Below, in pieces: positions 55,672 through 64,000 of a stretch of DNA of 64,000 bases. The stretch comes from Anaeromyxobacter sp. (GTDB lineage Bacteria; Myxococcota; Myxococcia; Myxococcales; Anaeromyxobacteraceae), in assembly GCA_049840735.1 (NCBI GenBank), contig JASGJN010000004.1, positions 64,001 to 128,000 on the forward strand, written 5' to 3'. The notes under the pieces were generated by a model that saw only the letters and a program-made list of their open reading frames with translations, was not told the origin of the DNA and did not search any database. Every line of letters starts with the position of its first letter. Within the stretch, counting starts at the first letter, position 1. Position numbers and translations under genes: made by a program.

Positions 55672-56966
55672 GTGAGGACCCTCGGGAAGGCGAAGCGCGT
55701 CCGCATCTACGTGAACCAGGACGACCGGACGGGCGGCAAGCCGGTCGACGCCGCCGTGCTCAACCTGCTGCGGGCGGAGAACGCGCACGGCGCCACCGTG
55801 CTGCGCGGCGTGGAGGGGTTCGGCGCCACCGGCCAGATCCACACCGCCCGGCTGACCGAGGTGGCCCACCGGCTGCCGCTCATCATCGAGTGGATCGACA
55901 CCCGCGAGCGGGTGGAGCGGCTCCTCCCCCGCGTGCTGGCGCTGGTGCGCCACGGGCTGGCCACCGTGGACGACACCGACGTGGTGCTGCTCGACCCGTC
56001 GCCGGTCCGCGACCTGGACGCCGCGCTGCGCGCCTCGGCGGTGATGACGCGCGAGGTGGTCAGCGTGACCCCGGAGACGCCGGTGCGCGAGGTGGTGCAG
56101 CTCTCGCTGCGCTGGACCTACCGCGCGGTGCCGGTGGTCGAGGACGGCCGCCCGGTGGGGATCGTCACCAGCTCCGACCTGGTGGCCCGCGGCGGGCTGG
56201 GCGTCCGGCTCGACCTCTTGCGCGGGCTGGACCAGCCCAGCCTGCACGCGATCCTGGAGCGGCTGGCGCGCCAGGATCGGACCGCGGCCGACGTGATGAC
56301 GCCGGACCCGGTGACCGCGCGGGCGGACGAGCCGCTGCCGGCGGTGGCCGAGCGGATGATCCGGCGGCGGTGAAGCGGCTGCCGGTGGTGGACGCCGGCG
56401 GCGCGCTGGTGGGCATGGTGAGCCGGCTGGACCTGCTGCGCACGGTGGCCTCCGCCGACGGGCCGCGCCAGCCGGCGCCGCGCGAGATCGGCCTCACCGG
56501 CGACCAGCCGCTCTCGGCCGTGATGCGCCGGGAGGTCCCCATGGTCCACCCGGACACCCCGGCGGTGGAGGTGTTCCAGGCGGTGGTCGCGACCCGGCTC
56601 AACCGCGCGCTGGTGGTGGACGACGACGGGCGGGTGGTGGGCCTGGTGACCGACGCCGAGCTGCTGGAGCGGGTCACCCCCGCGCTCCGCCCCGGCGCGC
56701 TGCGCGCGCTGATGCGCCGCCTCCCCTTCGCCCGCCGGCCGGAGGACGCGGCCACCCACGCGGTGGGCAAGGTGGCCGCCGACCTGATGACGCGCGGGGT
56801 GGCCACCGCGCGCGAGGACGCGCGCGTGAGCGAGGCCATCCCGCTCATGCTGGCCGGCCGGCAAAAGGTGCTGGCGGTGACCGACGCCGAGGGGCGGCTG
56901 GCCGGAATCGTGGACCGGGCCGACCTGCTGCACGGGCTGATCCCGGAGGAGGCGCCGGGCGAGTAG
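55672..56966 (+). CDS. DUF190 (PII-like) + CBS domain protein (apparent frameshift near 56370)
   Basis: GATVLRGVEGFG followed by repeated CBS pairs over two frames. Confidence 0.82.
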
Positions 56967-56968
56967 CC

Positions 56969-58321
56969 CTACCTCCGCCCGAGGTCCTGCAGCAGCCGCT
57001 GGAAGGACGGCGAGGCGCGCATCAGCCTGGCCGAGACGTCGCGCAGCCGGTCCACCTGGTCCTGCTCCAGCGCCAGGCTGGTCGGCATCTGGTTGAAGGC
57101 CTCGCGCTCGGCCGGATCCTTCAAGGCGTCGAAGGTCACGTTCACCAGGTAGGTCTCGCGCTCGCCGGGCGCGTGGGCCTTCCAGCGGGCCAGGCCGTCC
57201 CGCACCTTCTCGACCGTGTCGAGGCTGATCCGATCCACCGGGATGGACCACATCTGGTCCTCGAGATCGCCGGTGCCCGGCGGCTCCGCGGAGCGGTCCC
57301 AGTCGTTGGGCGGGAAGCGCAGCGCGTTGACGGAGATGACCACGACCCGGCGCGCCCGGCGGAAGGCCTCCAGCCCGGGCGCGTCCGGCGCCACCTCCAG
57401 CAGGTCGAGGGCGCCCACCACCTCGGAGAGCCCCAGGTTCTCGGAGAGCCCGCCGTCGAAGAGGTGCACGTAGGGGCGATCGGGACGGGCGTAGGCCAGG
57501 AGCCCGCGGGCCCGCAGCAGCGACCGCCCCGGCGTGTCGGAGCCCTCGGCGGCCTGCTCCACCTGCGCCAGCCAGGGGGGACCGGCCCAGCCGCAGGTGC
57601 CGGCGCGGTTCTGCAGGGTGATGGGCGAGAGCAGCGGCGGGAGCGCGGTCGAGGTGGCCACCGCCCGGCCCAGCGTGACGCCCGAGACGTCGCCGCAGAG
57701 CGCGTCGAACTGGTCCTGGGTGAAGCTGAAGCGGGCGCCGGTGCTGATGTCCGTGCCGTGGATGAGGATGAAGGGGCCGCCCGCCTGCTGCAGGTCGCCG
57801 AAGGTGGCGCCGTCGAAGACGGTCTGGTCGTAGATCTCGGCGAACAGGTCGGAGCGGTTGAAGGTGCCGGAGGGCAGGCGGAACCAGCTGGAGGGCGAGA
57901 GGATGCGCTTCACCAGCTCGCGCTCCAGGTTGCGCGAGGTCACCCGGGGGCCGAACTCCTCGAAGGTCTTCTCGCCCCGCAGGCCGTAGTAGGCCGCGGG
58001 CAGCGTGCCGCCGGAGATGGCGGTGATGACGTCCACCTCGTCCAGCAGCCGCCGCGGCTGGCCGTCCGCCACGATGGTCGTGCGGCGCAGCTCCTCCAGG
58101 GCGCCGTAGCCGAGCGAGGCGGCGCGCATGCCGCCGCCGGAGATGGCCAGGATCACCAGCAGGTCGTCCGACTGCCCGGGCCGGTGGGCCTCGGACATCC
58201 GGTACCCGGGGCCGCCGGCCCTCTCCAGCCTGGGGGTGCCCGGGTGGTGGGCGCAGGCCGCGAGGAGCAGCGCGAGGGCGGCGAGCAGCTGCGGGCGGCG
58301 GACGGGCGGCGGTGCGGTCAT
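56969..58321 (-). CDS. Patatin-like phospholipase lipoprotein
   Basis: LAAC lipobox, SGGGMRAA, AISGG, DGG. Confidence 0.85.
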   Translation of the reverse strand: MTAPPPVRRPQLLAALALLLAACAHHPGTPRLERAGGPGYRMSEAHRPGQSDDLLVILAISGGGMRAASLGYGALEELRRTTIVADGQPRRLLDEVDVITAISGGTLPAAYYGLRGEKTFEEFGPRVTSRNLERELVKRILSPSSWFRLPSGTFNRSDLFAEIYDQTVFDGATFGDLQQAGGPFILIHGTDISTGARFSFTQDQFDALCGDVSGVTLGRAVATSTALPPLLSPITLQNRAGTCGWAGPPWLAQVEQAAEGSDTPGRSLLRARGLLAYARPDRPYVHLFDGGLSENLGLSEVVGALDLLEVAPDAPGLEAFRRARRVVVISVNALRFPPNDWDRSAEPPGTGDLEDQMWSIPVDRISLDTVEKVRDGLARWKAHAPGERETYLVNVTFDALKDPAEREAFNQMPTSLALEQDQVDRLRDVSARLMRASPSFQRLLQDLGRR

Positions 58322-58382
58322 TGGGGGTCTCCGGCCTGCAGGCCTACCACGCCCGGCCCGCCCCGTCGGTTGGCCCTTCGTC

Positions 58383-59578
58383 TCAGGGCGCCGCGGCGGC
58401 CCAGCCCTCCTCGGCGGACGCCGGCGCGGCCGGGGCGAAGGTCACCACCACCTCCGTCCCGCACCCCTCGCCCTCGCTGTGGGCCTCGGCCGTCCCGCCG
58501 TGGAGCGCCGCCAGCCCCTTCACCATGGCCAGCCCGAGCCCGAGCCCACCCTCGCTGCGCGCCAGCCCCTGCGGTCCCTGCGAGAACGGCTCGAAGAGCC
58601 GGGGCAGGAGCTCCGGGGCGATGCCCGCGCCGTCGTCCCTCACGCACAGCTCCAGCCGGCCGGCGCGCCGCCGCACCCGCACCCAGACGTGCCCGCCGGG
58701 CGGCGTGTACTTGGCCGCGTTCTGCAGCAGGTTGCCGGCGATCTGCGCGATGCGGGTGGCGTCGCCGTCGAGCGGCAGCGGCGCCGGCGACCGCTCCAGC
58801 ACCAGCTCCACGCCGCGGGCCTCCAGCACGGCCCGGTGGTCCTCGCTCGCCCGCGCCGCCACCTCGCCCAGGTCGATGCGCTCCCGGCGCAGCTCAATCT
58901 TGCCGCGCACGATCCGGGTCACGTCCAGCAGGTCGTCCACCAGGCGCGTCAGGTGCGCGGCCTGGCGGGCCACCACCTCCCGCGCCCGCCGCGCGCGCGG
59001 GCTGGCCGGGTCGGACTGCTCCATCAGGTACAGCGCCGAGGTGAGCGGGGCGAGGGGGTTCCGCAGCTCGTGGCTGAGCATCCCCAGGAACTCGTCCTTG
59101 CGCCAATCGGCGTCGCGCAGCGCCTGCTCGGCCCGGCGGCGGTCCTCGATGTCGGTGCCAATCCCCATCCACCCGGTGACCCGGCCGGCGGCGTCGCGCA
59201 CCGGCGAGGCGCGCCCCAGGAACCACCGGTAGGCGCCGTCCGCCCGGCGCACGCGGAACTCGCACTCCAGCAGCCCGCCCGTGGCCACGGCCTGCCGGAC
59301 GCCGGCCGCCAGCTGGGCCACGTCGGCGGGGTGGATCACGTCCAGCCAGTCGTTGCCGGAGGCCGAGCCTGATCACTGCCGGTGTAGTCGAACCAGTGGC
59401 GGTTGCGCTCCACGATGACCGCGTTCTCGTCGGTGCGCCAGGCGATGGCGGGGATGGACTCCATCCACTCGCGCGTGGTGCTGGCCCTGGCCCGCTCCGC
59501 CGCTGCGGCGGGCGAGGCCCCTGGGACCGGCCGTTCAGGCGACCGGGGCTTCGCTGGCTTGGCGTGGGCGTGCGGCAT
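58383..59578 (-). CDS. PAS histidine kinase (apparent frameshift near 59360)
   Basis: PAS/PAC, SHELRNPL, NAAKYT, GLGLGL. Confidence 0.85.
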
Positions 59579-59700
59579 GGAGGTCCTCTGGTTGGGGCTA
59601 CCGGGTGGTAACCGCTGGAGGCGCCACACTTCTTCCGGACCACCTGGACCCACCGCAGAGCCGGCGCAGCCGTCGCTATCTTCACAGCCGAGGAGGTGGC

Positions 59701-61218
59701 ATGGCGACGGCCCAGGGAAGGGTGGCGGCGGCCCCGGCGCCGGCCGCGCCGGGCGGCATCCGCAGCTACGAGGACTTGGACGGGGGCGAGGGGCAGGCGC
59801 TCACCTTCCGCCCGCACCGGTACGCGGCGGCCGACCTGGCGCCGCTCCGCTGCACGGTGGTGGTCCAGGCGGGCGGCGGTCGCCTCGAGTGTCCGCTCCG
59901 CGACGTGTCCCGCAACGGCGTGGCCTTCTCCGCGCCCGCCACGCTCCCCGCGTCGCCCGGGCAGCCCCTCGAGCTCTCGGTGCGGCTCGACGCGCACCCG
60001 CTCTGGTCCGGGCAGGCCCGGGTGCGGGACGTGCGCCTGGTCGGCGGGCAGCGGCTGGTGGCGGCCAGCTTCGGCGAGGCGCTGGTGGACGGGGACGAGC
60101 TGCGCCTCCTGCGCGAGGTCTGGATCCCCGGCGCGGCCGGGCTGCGGCTGGCCGAGCAGCCCTGGCGCGCCGGCGGGGCGGAGCGCTTCCGCGCCCGGGT
60201 GGCGGAGCTGGGCGCCTACCTGGAGGAGCTGCAGGAGCGGCTCGGCCGGCTGGAGGCCTCCCTGCCCTGGGACCCCTCGGCGGCCCACCGCTCGACCGCC
60301 CGCACCGCCCTGGTCGCGCGGCTGCGGGCCGAGGTGGCGGAGGACGTGCTGGCGCAGGCCACCGCCGTCGGAGAGGCGCTGGCGGCGGCCGACCCCCAGG
60401 AGCTGGAGGCGCACCGGGCCTGGTCGCTGCGCCAGCTCCAGCCGCTGCTGATGCAGGCCCCCTGGCTGCACCGGGCGCGCCACAAGCCGCTCGGCTACCC
60501 GGGCGACTACGAGGTGATGAACTACCTCTACGAGCGCGACTTCGCCGGCCCCACGCTCTTCGCGCGGACCATGGGGTACGCCTTCATGCAGACCCACGCG
60601 GCGCGGGCGGTGCGCTGCCGGAAGGACCTGGTGAAGGAGGTGCTGCGGCGCCACCTGCTGGGCGCGGGCGGCCGCCCCCTGCGCCTGCTCTCCATCGCGG
60701 CCGGCCCGGCGCGCGAGCTGCAGGAGCTGCTGCGGGAGCTGGAGGAGCTGCCGGCGGACCTGGAGGTGGTGCTCTTCGACCAGGACCGGGGCGCGCTGGA
60801 GCACGCCTTCCAGCGGCTGCGCCCCCTGGCCGACGCCCGCTTCCCCGGGCGCGTCCGCATCGCCTTCCTCAACGCCTCGGTGCGCCGCCTGCTGCGCGAC
60901 CCGCACCTGTTCGACGAGCTGGGGCGCTTCGACGTGGTCTGGTCGGCCGGGCTGTTCGACTACTTCCACGAGGCCACCGCGGTCCGGCTGGCCCGCAACC
61001 TGATGGTCGCCGCGGCCCCCGGGGCGCCGGTGCTGATCGGCAACATGACCGACCACCCGCACCGCTGGCTGATGGAGTTCCACCTCGAGTGGACGCTGCT
61101 CTACCGCTCCCGCGAGGCCCTGGCCGGGCTGGCGCGGCGGGCTGCGCCGGGGGCGCAAATCACGGTGCTGGAGGAGGCGAGCGGCGTGAACCCGTTCGTG
61201 CAGCTCGAGGCGCCGTGA
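59701..61218 (+). CDS. PilZ-like domain + class I SAM methyltransferase (PhcB-like)
   Basis: FRPHR and RDVSRNG PilZ-like motifs, KPLGYPGDYEVMN, LSIAAGPARE, SAGLFDY. Confidence 0.72.
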   Translation: MATAQGRVAAAPAPAAPGGIRSYEDLDGGEGQALTFRPHRYAAADLAPLRCTVVVQAGGGRLECPLRDVSRNGVAFSAPATLPASPGQPLELSVRLDAHPLWSGQARVRDVRLVGGQRLVAASFGEALVDGDELRLLREVWIPGAAGLRLAEQPWRAGGAERFRARVAELGAYLEELQERLGRLEASLPWDPSAAHRSTARTALVARLRAEVAEDVLAQATAVGEALAAADPQELEAHRAWSLRQLQPLLMQAPWLHRARHKPLGYPGDYEVMNYLYERDFAGPTLFARTMGYAFMQTHAARAVRCRKDLVKEVLRRHLLGAGGRPLRLLSIAAGPARELQELLRELEELPADLEVVLFDQDRGALEHAFQRLRPLADARFPGRVRIAFLNASVRRLLRDPHLFDELGRFDVVWSAGLFDYFHEATAVRLARNLMVAAAPGAPVLIGNMTDHPHRWLMEFHLEWTLLYRSREALAGLARRAAPGAQITVLEEASGVNPFVQLEAP

Positions 61219-61274
61219 CGCGGCGCGCGGGGTGGGGGCCGCAGGCCGGACGGCTGCCGTAATCCGTCACGCCC

Positions 61275-61700
61275 TCAGGTGGTCGGGACTCGGGGGCCCC
61301 CGCTCAGCGACGCCAGGAGGCCTTCGAGGTCCGGCGGCTTGGTGAGGTGCTCGTCGAAGCCGGCCGCCCGCGCCCGCTCCTGGTCCTCCGGCTGCCCGTA
61401 GCCGCTCAGCGCCACCAGCCGCGCCGCCCGCGTTCCGTCGGCGCCCCGCAGCGCCCGCGCCACCGCCAGGCCGTCGGAATCCGGCAGGCCGAGGTCGCAG
61501 AGCACCACCTCCGGCCGCAGCCGCTCCGCCAGGGCCAGCCCGGTGCGCCCGTCGCCGGCCACCTCGACGTGGTGGCCGTGGAGCGTGAGCAGGTCGGCCA
61601 GGCTCTGGGCGGCGTCGAGGTTGTCCTCGATCACCAGCACCATCCGCGGGCGCGGCTGCGAGGCCGTCGCGCCCTGCTGCTCCTGGACCTCCTCGCTCAT
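61275..61700 (-). CDS. Single-domain response regulator
   Basis: VLVIEDN, CDLGLP, ALSGY, KP. Confidence 0.85.
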   Translation of the reverse strand: MSEEVQEQQGATASQPRPRMVLVIEDNLDAAQSLADLLTLHGHHVEVAGDGRTGLALAERLRPEVVLCDLGLPDSDGLAVARALRGADGTRAARLVALSGYGQPEDQERARAAGFDEHLTKPPDLEGLLASLSGGPRVPTT

Positions 61701-61849
61701 CCGCGCCTCCGCACGGCCGAGTGTACGCCCGGGCGACCTGACGCACAGCGCGAACCCGGGGCCCCCGCGGGGCAGGTCACCGCAGGGCTCCGGGCGTGCG
61801 GGCGGCCGTCCCCGTGCTAGCTTCCACGGGCACCCCACACGGAGCCCCC

Positions 61850-62467
61850 ATGGCGCGCGACATCTTCACCGAGCCGGACGAGATCGACGTCCGGACCCTC
61901 CTCCACCTGGGCCCGCTGGCCCCGCTGGCCGGGACCTGGGAGGGCCAGGGGCTCGACCTCCACCCGGTGGCCGAGGGCGGCGAGGAGGAGCCGTACCGCG
62001 AGCGCATCGGTCTTCGAGCCCATCGACCCGCAGCCCAACGGCCCGCAGCTGCTCTACGGCCTGCGCTACCACGTCCACGTGAACAAGCTGGACGAGCCGC
62101 TCACCTTCCACGACCAGGTGGGCTACTGGCTGTGGGAGCCCGCCACCGGCGCGCTGCTCCAGACCGTGGCCATCCCGCGCGGCCTGGTGGCGCTGGCGAC
62201 CGGCCAGGCCGCGGCGGACGCGCGCCGCTTCTCGGTGCGGGCCGTGCTGGGCGAGCCCACCGCCGGGATCAGCGCCGCGCCGTTCCTGCACGAGAACTAC
62301 GGACCCTCGAGTACGGCATCACCCTCACGTTCGGTGACGACGGGACCCTGACCTACGAGCAGGACACGGTCCTGCAGGTGGCGGGGCGGCCCGAGCCGTT
62401 CCACCACACCGACCGGAACGTGCTGAAGCGCGTCGCGCCGCCGGTGCCCAACCCGGCGGCGCGGTAG
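61850..62467 (+). CDS. Nitrobindin/DUF1794 heme beta-barrel protein (two apparent frameshifts)
   Basis: [38 protein letters not shown]. Confidence 0.78.
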   Translation: MARDIFTEPDEIDVRTLLHLGPLAPLAGTWEGQGLDLHPVAEGGEEEPYRERIGLRAHRPAAQRPAAALRPALPRPREQAGRAAHLPRPGGLLAVGARHRRAAPDRGHPARPGGAGDRPGRGGRAPLLGAGRAGRAHRRDQRRAVPARELRTLEYGITLTFGDDGTLTYEQDTVLQVAGRPEPFHHTDRNVLKRVAPPVPNPAAR

Positions 62468-62476
62468 CGGGGGGAG

Positions 62477-62498
62477 GCGGGGGCCCTGCGGCCCCCGC
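62477..62498. terminator. GC hairpin between convergent genes
   Basis: GCGGGGGCC-CTGC-GGCCCCCGC. Confidence 0.55.
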
Positions 62499-62506
62499 CC
62501 CGCCGG

Positions 62507-64000
<1,494 letters not shown>

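Overview
Very GC-rich chromosomal window. Gene content (CorE-like sigma factor, CxxCH-type NrfA, Mx8-like integrase) suggests an Anaeromyxobacter-like myxobacterium. The main feature is a ~10.4 kb island (2754-13247) integrated in tRNA-Asp next to tRNA-Val and bounded by a 60-bp exact direct repeat. It carries: (1) a tyrosine integrase whose reading frame runs through the att site, so its C-terminus should change on excision, as in phage Mx8; (2) an excisionase-like HTH, an RHH protein and a Fic protein; (3) a non-coding region with twin 18-20 bp palindromes; (4) a three-gene Lamassu/ABC-three-component system with a Cap4-type nuclease; (5) convergent with it, a retron whose RT is fused to a trypsin-like protease, with a clear promoter and an a1/a2-bounded ncRNA. 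The RT motif-A catalytic Asp reads Asn (codon 119) while the protease triad is intact. The rest is ordinary accessory or housekeeping content: two-component systems, otsAB, a copper cluster, MFS/LysR, an MCP, pullulanase, an amidase, ECF/anti-sigma, patatin, a PilZ-methyltransferase and partial nrfA. Many apparent single-base frameshifts suggest long-read indel errors. All family calls come from motif recognition by eye, not from database searches.
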